A stretch of 61,541 nucleotides of DNA from Octopus sinensis (taxonomy: Eukaryota), in the NCBI RefSeq assembly GCF_006345805.1, contig NW_021832259.1, positions 1 to 61,541 of the forward strand. The letters are read 5' to 3'. The notes under the pieces are model-generated. The model saw only the letters and a program-made list of their open reading frames with translations, did not search any database and was not told the DNA's origin. The stretch's first letter is position 1. Every line of letters starts with the position of its first letter. Positions 1 to 11,025 of this stretch are shown here, one piece after another. Both the position numbers and the translations under genes were made by a program.

Positions 1-39
<39 letters not shown>

Positions 40-40
40 C

Positions 41-268
41 GGCGGCGAGCTGGCAGAATTGTTAGCACGCCGGGCGAAATGCTTAGCGGTATTTCGTCTG
101 TGTTACGTTCTGAGTTCGAATTCCGCCGAGGTCGACTTGGCCTTTCATCCTTTCGGGGTCAATAAATTAAGTACCAGCTTCGCACTGGGGTCGATGTAAT
201 CGACTTAATCCGTTTGTCTGTTCTTGTTTGTCCCCTTTATGTTTAGCCCCTTGTTGGCAATAAAGAAA
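41..268 (+). mobile_element. tRNA-derived SINE, family 1 (ggcggcgagctggcagaat... head)
   Basis: A-box-like TGGCAGAATTG and B-box-like GAGTTCGAATTCC, then a conserved body and A-rich end; many related copies in the window. Confidence 0.85.
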
Positions 269-454
269 AAATATATATATACATATATATATATGCCTGT
301 GTTTGTGTGTGTGTGTGTATTGGGGGTAGTGGACCGAAAAGCAATGTGGCATTTCATGTAATAAGCTCAAATCAGCATAAAACATATCGTAAATATATGT
401 ATTCATTCAAAATATTATCGCCATTGTTAGCAATAACATTTTCCCACTTCGAAA

Positions 455-890
455 GGCCAGTCATTTAGATCGATCCCAATACACAAGTGGCACTTAATTC
501 ATCGACTCCGAAAGGATGAAAGGCAAAGTCGACCTCTGCGGAATTTGAACTCAGAACGTAAAGACAGACGAAATAGCTATTTCATTACTACCCACAAGGG
601 GCTAAACATAGAGGGGATTAACAAGGACAGACAAAGGGATTAAGTCGATTGTATCGACCCCAGTGCATAACTGGTACTTAATTTATCGACCCCGAAAGGA
701 TGAAAGGCAAAGACAATCTCGGCGGAATTTGAACTCAGAACATAAAGACAGACGTGCGAAGCATTTCGCCCGGCGTGCTATCGTTTCGGTCAGCTCACCA
801 CTTTATTTTGTACCTTTGAACGTAACGGCAGACGAAATACGGCTAAGCATTTCGCCCGGCGTGCTAAGGTTTCTACCAACTCGCCGCCTT
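455..890 (-). mobile_element. SINE family 1, tandem partial copies
   Basis: Reverse complement of the family-1 body repeated about twice, plus head fragments. Confidence 0.8.
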
Positions 891-921
891 AAATTTGAAA
901 TTATTATTGATGCAGTATCAA

Positions 922-1125
922 GGCAGAATCGTTAGCACTCAGGACAAAATGCTTAGCAGTATATCGCCTGTCGCTAAGTTCAAATTCCGCCGAAGTCGAT
1001 TTTGCCTTTCGTCGTTTCGAGGTCGATAAACCAGGTACCTATGAAATCCTGAGATCGTTGTAATCGATTAGTCTCCTTCACCGCGAATTTCAGGCCTTGT
1101 GCCTTTAGTAGAAAAGATTATTAGT
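922..1125 (+). mobile_element. Diverged SINE family 1-like copy
   Basis: ggcagaatcgttagcac...gttcaaattccgccgaagtcga similarity to 41-268. Confidence 0.7.
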
Positions 1126-1340
1126 GCAGTACCGGACTTCAACAGCGGTTATTTTTTTTAATTGGCTAATTTTGAATTTTGCAGTTTGATTGTAGTTTGC
1201 CGCGCAGCTGCTTTCTTTCGGTTTTTGTGACGTACACGTCGCACGGTACCAGTTTCAGCATGACTGTGCTAGTGTACAAGTAACCCTCTCACAGATACGT
1301 GTTTATTTGTGTGAATTTATTATAATCTTCATTCGTAACC

Positions 1341-1950
1341 ATGTCGAAAAGATCGGAAGAAATGCATTTTGCTAATCAAAAAGCGAAATGGGAACACTTA
1401 GCATTCAGTGTTACTACGTGAGCAGAATTACTCAAGGGACTCGATAAAGATGCCTCAGGGTGGCTTTTGGTGAGGAATATGGGGTCTGTATGTCTGCTAT
1501 TTATGATATCGATAAACCGAAAGAACACATAAGTTCTACGGTGACATTGACTCATATGTCTAAATTAATGGACAAACTTTATACAGGTCGAAGGGAACTG
1601 AGGTGGACAGATCGTTGCTTGAGTGGACCAGGTAGCGTCGATGTGGACAGAACATTTCTTGAGTGGACCAAACAGCGTCGGAATGAAAAATGTTCACTTA
1701 CTCTTTCCAGTACAATGGGCAAAACTAATTTTTTTCACGACGAATTAAAATTGACAATTCCACCCGAATATTCACCTGGGTGGTTCAACAGAATTAAACA
1801 AACTCTACGAAGCTGCAGAAGGGTAATTAAATGAATTTGCTAAACTGGTTTCTGGTACAGGACACTCCTTCTCCTGAACGAGTGTATAATGCAGATAAAG
1901 CTTCCTTATTCGGGCATGGCATACCAAGGAAAATGTTAATTTTCACGCTA
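1341..1950 (+). pseudogene. Degenerate pogo/Tigger (Jerky/CENP-B-like) transposase fragment
   Basis: EEYGV.MSAIYDI (CENP-B N-terminal HTH), VDRTFLEWTKQRR...YSPGWFNRIK (HTH_Tnp_Tc5-like) and PERVYNAD at the DDE_1 start; stops and frameshifts. Confidence 0.75.
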
Positions 1951-2049
1951 TAAACATTATATACTTGATACGTAGTACAGTATAATACATTTTAAGAATT
2001 TTATGTGGACTGGTAAATCCTTTCCACTGGAAGCACAAGGTCACAAATT

Positions 2050-2407
2050 TGGGGAAAGGGATTAAGTCAATTACATCGACCCCAGTGTGTAACTGGTACT
2101 AATTTTATCGACTCTGAAAGGCAAAATCGACCTCGGTGGAATTTGAACTCAGAACGTAAAGACAGACGAAATACCTATTTCTATACTACCCACAAGGGGC
2201 TAAACACAGAGGGGACAAACAAGGAGAGACAAACGTATTAAGTCGATTATATCGACTCCAGTGCGTAACTGGTACTTATTTAATCGACCCCGAAAGAATG
2301 AAAAGCAAAGTCGACCTCGGCGGAATTTGAACTCAGAACGTAACGGCAGACGAAATACGGTTACGCATTTCGCCCGGCGTGCTAACGTTTCTGCCAGCTC
2401 GCCGCCT
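2050..2407 (-). mobile_element. SINE family 1 with duplicated 3' module
   Basis: Reverse-complement head at ~2330-2407 preceded by two body modules. Confidence 0.8.
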
Positions 2408-2568
2408 GAAATAAATACCAGCTAGAACCTGCTTTAAAAGTATATCTGATAAATACAATTTTTTTTTCGTCGAAAACCGACAAATCCAAAATTTCAGAAC
2501 GCTTCCAATCCTAAGTTTGCCGGATATATTGTTCCGGATCTTGATAAAATTTTTTTCACTACAGTTGC

Positions 2569-2583
2569 TGTGTGTGTGTGTGT

Positions 2584-2638
<55 letters not shown>

Positions 2639-2690
2639 GTGTGTGTTGTGTGTGTGTGTCGTGTGCGTGTGTGTATGTTTGTGTGTGTTT
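2569..2690. repeat. (GT)n microsatellite
   Basis: Seen directly. Confidence 0.95.
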
Positions 2691-3206
2691 ATAAGTACAA
2701 ATTATATTGCGGAAAGAAAATTAATACTGGGTCAAAGAATCCCCCCCCCCAAAAAAAAAAACAGGGTACACCAACTCCACCACCCCAAAAAGAGGTGTGC
2801 TGAGACCGATTAAAACATGACATTCTACTTAGTATATAGAATATGATACACAAGAATGGTAAGGCCCTCAAGTATAGTTCGGTATGATGAAAAATTATTT
2901 AACGCACTGAAAAATTAAAAACTTTATATTGTTGTTGTTGCTTAGCCCAAACTCCTCACTGATGGGGGTCAATCTATCTTACGATGAAAGGTATTCCCAT
3001 TTTTTTCTTTCTAAATATTTATATCTAGAACCATATAATTTATAATTCTCCTTTTTAAGACGGTAGCGTGTGATTTCAAGATTTAACTGATAATTTTAAC
3101 TTCAAAAGTTTCACATGATTCCAGGTTCAATCCCACTGCTTACCACTTGCAATCCCACGAGCTTACCAAAGCCTTGTGAGTGGATTTGGCTAACAGAAAC
3201 TGAAAG

Positions 3207-3819
3207 GCGGCGAGCTGGCAAAAACGTTAGCGCGCCAGGCGAAACGCCTAGCGGTATTTCGGCTGCCGTTACGTTGTGAGTTCAAATTCCACCGAGGTCG
3301 ACTTTGCCTTTCATCCTTTCGGGGTCGATAAATTAAGTACCAGTTACGCACTGGGGTCGATGTAATCGACTTAATACCTATGTCTGTCCTTGTTTGTCCC
3401 CTCTGTGTTTAGCCCCTTGTGGGTAATAATGAAATAGGTATTTCGTCTGCCGCTACGTTGTGTTCAAATTCCGCCGAGGTCGACTTTGCCTTTCATCCTT
3501 TCGGGGTCGATTAAATAAGTACCAGTTACGCACTGGGGTCGATATAATCGACTTAATCCGTTTGCCTGTCCTTGTTTGTCCTCTCTGTGTTTAGCCCCTT
3601 GTGGGTTGCAAAGAAATAGGTATTTCGTCTGCCGCTATGTTCTGAGTTCAAATTCCGCCGAGGTCGACTTTGCCTTTCATCCTCTCGAGGTCAATAAATT
3701 AAGTAGCAGTTACGCTCTGGGGTCGATGCAATCGACTTAATCCCTGTGTCTGTCTTTGTTTGTCTCTCTATGTTTAGCCCCTTGTGGGCTAAACATAGAG
3801 GGGACAAACACAAGAAATA
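3207..3819 (+). mobile_element. SINE family 1 multimer (head plus three ~180-bp modules) inserted into a family-2 SINE
   Basis: 12-bp direct repeat agaaactgaaag at 3195-3206 and 3820-3831; the host SINE resumes as ...gaagcccgtcg. Confidence 0.8.
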
Positions 3820-4439
3820 AGAAACTGAAAGAAGCCCGTCGAATGTGTTTGTGTGTCATTGTATATATGTTTGTCCCCCAACCATCATTTGACAACAGCT
3901 GTTAGTGTGTTTACTTCTCCGTAACTTAGCGGTTCGCATAAGAGATCGATAGAATTAGTACTACGCTTTGCAAATAAAAAATTGAAAAGAAAATTATATT
4001 TTTCTCAAATTATTATTTTCTTTTATATTTACTTTTATATTTTTTCAGATGAATCTAATTTCCCAAAAGCATCGATGATGTCCGTTTTCCTTCCGGCCCT
4101 TGTACTGGGAACTTTCATGCAAACCCACGGATCTGCTTGAATAGTAATAAAGAGGGAACATCCCGTCCTTATGACCAATGAAGTGAATGCTTAAATGCTA
4201 CCAAGTCTTTTTTTCTTGTTATTTCAAATATTTAACAACATTTTAGTCTAACCAATATCAGAGCATGCCTCGTCTATGCAAAAGAACTGAATGGGTTGCG
4301 GCAGCTGGAAACAGGGAGCCAGTTGTAATGAAAATTGGATTGTAACATAGTAAGGTGTACGACATATAAATCTCAAATAAGCATTAGAAATCTTGTCCTC
4401 CCCTACCATTCAAATGCACACACACACGCACACACACTC

Positions 4440-4991
4440 ACACGATGCAGTACCAGGCAGTGACTCTAATGGCTTCTGATCTTAAGTGATTGGAAGTGTT
4501 ATCATGTACATTGTTTTGTCTTGGTATAAAAGATGGGGCTACAGCAAATATTCTGCTCAGTATCACAGATTTGCTTGTCAGTTGTTTGACCTTAACCAGT
4601 TGAGCATGTCCCTTAGTAGCTGACGATGCGTGCATCCCTGATCACGAGCAGAAGTGGTGGGGGAGCATCATAGCCACATGTTGAAAGCAATTCTCTGGGG
4701 TTTGGATAATTCACCTTTGGAAACATGGGTGTTTCGTTCAAGATCCTTAAACAGCCCTTATTCAGGGACTTTTTGAACGGGATGGGCTACTCAACCTGAA
4801 GAAAATTCTGACTACGCCCCACCTGCAAGGTCATGCGCTGCTATTCTTGATATGAGATCATGTCACGCACATATTGTTGTGATGCATGTGCTTGGTGTAC
4901 CCTTATCAGACGGGTAGTCATGATGGGTATACTGGGCTACGTATATTTTTACCCCAGTGTCACTTTGATGGCATGCACTGCTCTCTCACTC

Positions 4992-5027
<36 letters not shown>
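4440..5027 (+). mobile_element. Unclassified ~550-bp interspersed repeat with (AAT)n tail
   Basis: Non-coding body ending in (AAT)n at 4992-5027; part of its 5' region (4459-4500) recurs inverted at 5028-5069. Confidence 0.5.
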
Positions 5028-5034
<7 letters not shown>

Positions 5035-5068
5035 CCAATCAGTTAAGATCAGCAGCCATGAGAGCCAC

Positions 5069-5104
<36 letters not shown>

Positions 5105-6660
5105 TACTTTTTTTTCTTCTTCTTTCAAATTTGCTATCATTTCTTGCCGAGTGTCTTCCTAGGGCAAAGAAACTCATAGTATACATTGGTAGGCCATTAA
5201 ACCAAACTCAGTAGTTCGTTCATTTTTTTATTATTTTTTTTTTTTTAAGTTAAATTAAAATACATGAGCAGCAACAGTTCTCACATCGACAATGCTCTTC
5301 TCAATACGTGTGATGTACCAATTAAGACAATCTTTTCCACTTCTTGCAGGGATGGTAAGCCAGGGATCATTCTCATAATTTTCGGTTCCCTTCTTGATCA
5401 TTCCTAGTGCTCCTACGATCACTGGTATTGTAACCGCCTTGAGATGCCACATTTTCTCAATTTCAATGAGTAGGTCTTTATATTTTCTGAGCTTGTCAAA
5501 CTCTTTCGCTGAGATATTATGATCACAGGGGATGCTCATGTCGATCAATAAGCAAACTTTATTGTTTTGGTCTTTCACAACAATATCTGGTTTATTGGCC
5601 TTGATGGTTCGGTCTGTATGTACTGGAAAGTCCCACAGAATGGTTACATTTTCTCCTTCAGTTACAGCCTCAGGGTGGTGATTATACCACTTGTCGGCAG
5701 TTTTGATATTGTAATGCCGACTTATTAGCCAGTGGAGATATTGGCCAACTCTATCATGTCTTAATTTATACTCCACTGGTGCTAAGACTTTACATCCAGA
5801 GATTAGGTGGTTCACTGTTTCAATCATGTCGTTGCAGAATCGGCATTTTGGGTCTGCTCCATTTTTCATCACATTGGCCTGGTAGTTCCGAGTTAATAGG
5901 CTTTGATCTTGAGCAGCCAGGATGAAACCTTCGCTCTCTGCTTTTAGCCCTGAGCTCCGTAGCCACTGATGGGTTTGCTTCTGGTCAACATCAGCTTGTT
6001 TGCTGCGGGTCACATATTTGCCGTGCAGAGGTTTCTCCTCCCACCTATCAGCCAATTGCTCGTGCGCTTTTTTCATTGCCATCATTTTCACCTTCTTTGC
6101 AACAATAGTTGTTCAGTTTGGGTATCCTGCACGAGATCAATAGCAAATTTTTTGCTTTCCTTTATGATAGAATGAAGCTTCTTTCGTCTCTCGTGATTTT
6201 CCACGAGCTTTAGCATCCAGTCATTCGATATTTCGAGATATTTGGCCAGTCCAATTGTGGTTGTTTTGTAAGCTAGTTCAAATTGGATCAGGCCTCGACC
6301 TCCTTGGGCTCTGGGAAGGTAAAGGCGATCTACGTCTGCTTTAGGGTGGTGCATCCTATTACAACTCAGCAGCTTGCGTATTTTCCTATCTATATTCTTT
6401 ACTTCACTCATATTCCAGTTCAACACATTGTAGCTATAAGTAACAACTGGAACTGCTAAGGAATTTATAGCTAACACCTTGTTACGTGCATTTAGTTCAG
6501 ATTTCAGGACTGCACGAACTCTCCTGATTTTCTCTTTCATGCTTGCATGCTGAATACCAGAGCCTTCATTTATCCCTAAATATTTGTATGTTTGTTCTTG
6601 CTCAAGCTCTCTTATGACTGTGTCAACATCTAACACGACTGAATTTGTGGTCTTCTTGTG
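5105..6660 (-). mobile_element. R4/Dong-like RLE non-LTR retrotransposon, 3' part (copy 1)
   Basis: TYKYLG, RMHHPKADVDRLYLPRAQGGRGL, CRFC..ETVNHLISGC (CCHC), RHD.V and KPDIVV..IDMSIP..K..KY (PD-(D/E)xK RLE); (TAA)n-type tail at 5070-5105. Confidence 0.9.
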
Positions 6661-7860
6661 GTTTTCTTTGTCTATTTCTTTTGCGTTTAGTCTAGTCCAG
6701 TATTTACCATGAAGGGGCTTTTCTTGCCATCGTTTTATCATGGTTCGTTGCTGTTCTATTTTTAGTTTGGATTTCATTTGTTTTATAGCTTTTGTTGTTT
6801 CTTTATCTTCTTCTTCTTCTTCTTCTTCTTCTTCTTCTCTTCTTCTTCTTCTTCTTCTTCTTCTTCTTCTTCTTCTTCTTCTTCTTCTTCTTCTTCTCTT
6901 CTTCTTCTTCTTCTTCTCTTCTTCTTCATATTTATTAGGTGTTATGATTTCTTGTTTGTATTTGTCAGCTTCCTTAAATACTGAGAACAGTTTTTGTTTT
7001 GCTCGTGTTTTGCCGCTATTTGTATCAGTTTTCCTTCCTTCTGAAGTAGATATTTTTGCAGTCCTATGGTGGTTATTTTATAGTAGTTTTCCAGTTGTAT
7101 AAGGCCTCTACCACCTTCTATACGTTGTATATATAGTCTTTCTATGTCAGATTTTGGGTGATGCATCCTAGATCCTGTCATTATTTTTCTTGTTTTCCTA
7201 TCTATTTTGGTCAGTTCATTTAGTGTCCAGTTAAGGATATTGTAGCTGTAACTTATAACTGGGACAGCTAAAGTGTTAATACCTATTATCTTGTTTTTAG
7301 CATTGAGCTCTGTTTTTAGTATTGATCTAACTCGTCTATAATATTCTTTTTTATTTTCTCTTTCATTTGTGTGTGTTGTGTCTTATCTAGTTCATGGATT
7401 CCTAAGTATTTGTAAGTTTGGCTTTGGTCTAATTCTTTTATTTCATTGGTTTTATCTAGTGTGATGTTGCTACTCTTAACTAGTTTTCCTCTTTTCATGG
7501 TTACTTTGGCGCATTTTTCTAATCCAAATTTCATATCTATTTCTTTGGTAAATCCATGAACTGTCTTTAATAGTGTTTCCAGCTGTTTGTCATTCGCAGC
7601 GTATAGTTTTAGGTCATCCATATATAAAAGGTGGCTGATCGTTTTGCCGTAATATTTATATCCTCATCCAGTTCTATTTAGCATATCAGATAGAGGTGAC
7701 AGTGCCAAGCAGAAAAGGAGTGGAGAAAGCGTGTCTCCCTGGAATATTCCTCTTCTAATGGGGATGTCTTTGGTTTTCATGAGTCCCTCTTTTGTTTGGA
7801 GGTGTAGCACTGTTTGCCATTTATTCATAGAGTGCCCTATGAATTTTATAATTGTATTTA
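6661..7860 (-). mobile_element. R4/Dong-like RT fragment (copy 2) with an internal (GAA)n expansion
   Basis: RRGIFQGDTLSPLLF, HLLYMDDLKLYA, FGLEKCAK and HHPKSDIERLY..GGRGL; frameshifts. Confidence 0.88.
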
Positions 7861-7883
7861 TTATTATTATTATTATATTATTA

Positions 7884-7962
<79 letters not shown>

Positions 7963-8045
7963 ATTATTATTATTATTATTATTATTATATTATTATTATT
8001 ATCATCATCATCATCATCATCATCATCATTATTATTATTATTATT
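7857..8045. repeat. (TAT)n/(CAT)n compound microsatellite
   Basis: Seen directly. Confidence 0.95.
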
Positions 8046-9072
8046 GCAATTTTTATCCCCTCTACTCCTTTCTTTCTCTCTCTCTCTCTCTCTCCTGCGC
8101 GCGCGCGTGTGTGTGCGTGTGTGTGTGAATAGGAGTTATTTGATAAAAGATATCAGAAGAAGAATGGTAAAACGCGAAATTACGTGTGTATTAAAATTGG
8201 ATAAGCAAGGAAATAATAAGTTTCTTTTTCAGTAAAACCAGAAATTTGTTGAAAAGGACATTTGGTGTGTCACATGACCATATGTAGAAAGAAATAAAGA
8301 AAGAAATATACGCATGCCTATACAGTGTTTTGAGTTTTCTCTATTATTTTTCCTTTGTGTGTGTGTCGTTGTTGTCTGTTATTGAACCACAATTCCGCTG
8401 TGACTGAGAACACCTCTGATCATATGAACAGTAACAATCACGCCATTTTTGCAGACATAGCGCATCATATCTAGAACTGAATTATCCAACGGATCTGTTT
8501 TGCTGAGGTGGTAAGATGGTATTTGATGGATATTTTATAGGGGCTCAGTATTTATTTTCGCTTTCTGATGAGCACAAAGAAAGCTGCACTTGGCTGTCCA
8601 GTTTCATTTGGAAGCTTTAGGTACAAGGGCATGACATCTCCACAATAAAATGAAAAATTGTCCTGTAGATTATGTACATATAGACTTTTCTCTGAGTTTT
8701 CTTGTAATAGAGCAGTATTTCACAGGGCTTATTTCAATAAATTACCTCGAAAAACAGCGTCTGAGGAATTGAGGTGATAACTCTTTGGCGAATGGAAGTT
8801 AATTATTTACATAAATACTAAAGCTTTATACCTTTCAGCAATTTATACTCGTTGCATGCAGCAATTTTCATTACATGACCTGGTTCGTCCAACTCAGAAC
8901 TAAACTTCACGAAGACTAACAATGACCCAGTTTTTAAGTCACATGTGACTAAACATTCACTTATGTGATCGATTAAACATGTGTTCGAGTGTTCCCATCA
9001 AACTCAGAGTAAAGACCGTATAACACAGTAACTGTCTAACTGTAACACACACGCACGCCTACACACACACAC

Positions 9073-9113
<41 letters not shown>

Positions 9114-9159
9114 TAATAATAATAATAATAAATAATAATAATAATAATAATAATAATAC

Positions 9160-11025
9160 ACCGGGGATCGTTTAAGATGTAAGAAGGAAAAAACAGAGCT
9201 CCGAAATCTATCCACAAACATCGAAAACAAGGACATCGTATGGAGCCAAAGATTTACTAACAAAGGATTTGACTGTATCCGAGTAAGTAATACTAATTGA
9301 AATTTATAACTATTTTCGAAACGAAATGACGTATTTTGACTCGATATCATCTCCACCTCTAACACAACACATGTAAACATGCGTGGTACATTACGATCCA
9401 TCAACAGATCATCCCCGACCCCAAACACCATGTACAAAGGAACTACGAAGAAATTAAATGCCACCGATATTATTCAACCCAAGAATAACAATCGAACGGT
9501 ACGTACTTTCAACTTACAACACAAAATGTACGAAAAACTACACGTGCAAAACAATGTGACAATAGAAATGAACGGGCCGGTACCCTACGAAAATGACGAC
9601 CGTCAAAATAATGGGCCGGACGTTGTTCCTCATGTCCCGCAAATAAAACCCAAAAGATATAAATGGACACGTGAGGAATACATTTCTATCTTACACGCAT
9701 ACTTCACAGCAGTGCTCTACCCAAAAAATGAAAACACAACAACACATACATATAAAATATGGAAGGAAAATAACATAAATATAGACTTGGATACAGCAAT
9801 GAACCCTAATAAATTAGCTAACGTACGAAGATACATTCTCAACGCAAAAAAAATATCAGAAATAGAAATAGAACATCTAAAAGAAAAAATACACCAGGAA
9901 AATGTAGATAGAAGCCACACAACAATGCCCAATAATATAAACACTGAAACAGTAAAACACGAAGACAAACGTAACATTCCCAACAAACACGATGTAAACA
10001 ACGAAGGGGAGCCTAATGATTATGATAATATAAAAAATAAAATAATCAAAGAACTGAAAACCACAGAGCTCAAAATGGACCACCGACCATACCTCCCAAG
10101 AATCAAAATAGACGAAATAACAACACCAATTATAAACAGCATAAACCTAGCCGTCACGGAACTAATAGCCACTGAAACAAAAAGCGATATCACTGAGCTA
10201 AATGACTTAGTATACGCAGCAGCAACTGCAGCCACAAAAGAAACTGGATACTCACTCAAACCCATCCAAACAGGAGTACCACCACCCAAACAAACTCTGT
10301 GGATAAATAACATCCAAAACAAAATACAAAGATGAGAAAAGATCTGTCGATTCTTAATGAAATCAGCAGACAATCAACGCTACTGAGCAACAAAAAGAAA
10401 ACAAAAATACTCCGCAAATATAACATCACAGAAAAAGATTTACCTGAGATAAAAGAAAAGCTGAAGCAAGATATCCTTGCCAAGCACAAAGGATCCGCCG
10501 GTACGAGAAACGCCAGCGTTTCTTTGAACAAAACAAAAAGTTCAACTCCAACACCAAAAAGTTCTACCAAGAACTTGGCAAAAATAAAATAGAAATCACT
10601 GCAGCACCAACGGCAGAAGAAGTGGAAGAATTCTGGAAAGAAATATGGTCGGCGAACGAACAGCCAAAAAAAGGAGTATCAAAATAACAAACTCGGCATC
10701 TGAACAACTTTGGACCCCCATAACAACTGAAGAGGTCACCCAGGCACTGCAAAGACTAAGCAACTGGAAGGCACCTGGGCATGACAAGATCCCCAACTTC
10801 TGGTTGAAATATCTAACAGGAATGCACAAAAAGCTGGCTGAAAACTCTAACAACATACTAGCAGAGCCAGAGACAATGCCTGAATGGCTCACGAAGGGGA
10901 AAACCATCTTAATTCCCAAATCAAATGGGACAGCAAAACCAGAAAACTACAGACCAATAACCTGTCTCCCTACAATGTTCAAGGCATTTACTGTAGTGAT
11001 ATCGCAAAGGTTGAGCAGGCACCTG
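9160..11025 (+). mobile_element. R4/Dong-like element, 5' half (N-terminal region to RT domain 2), truncated by RTE sequence
   Basis: RYKWTREE..(R4-type N-terminus), RPYLPRIK, NWKAPGHDKIPNFWLK and PENYRPITCLPT; preceded by (AAT)n at ~9074-9158. Confidence 0.85.

Noticed and set aside
2517-2813. Low-complexity ORFs (poly-CV, YI, HT, LL and similar, here and throughout the window)
   Set aside because: They are translations of microsatellites.
4049-4140. Terminal coding exon after a strong acceptor (ESNFPKASMMSVFLPALVLGTFMQTHGSA*)
   Set aside because: No upstream partner exon or homology can be supported from the sequence alone.
8555-8595. ctgatgagcacaaagaaagctgcac as a hammerhead
   Set aside because: The core words are present, but stem II and stem I cannot form.
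6661-11025. R4 copies 2 and 3 as twin-primed halves of one element
   Set aside because: They are separated by 1.3 kb of unrelated DNA, each has its own (TAA)n border, and there is no TSD.
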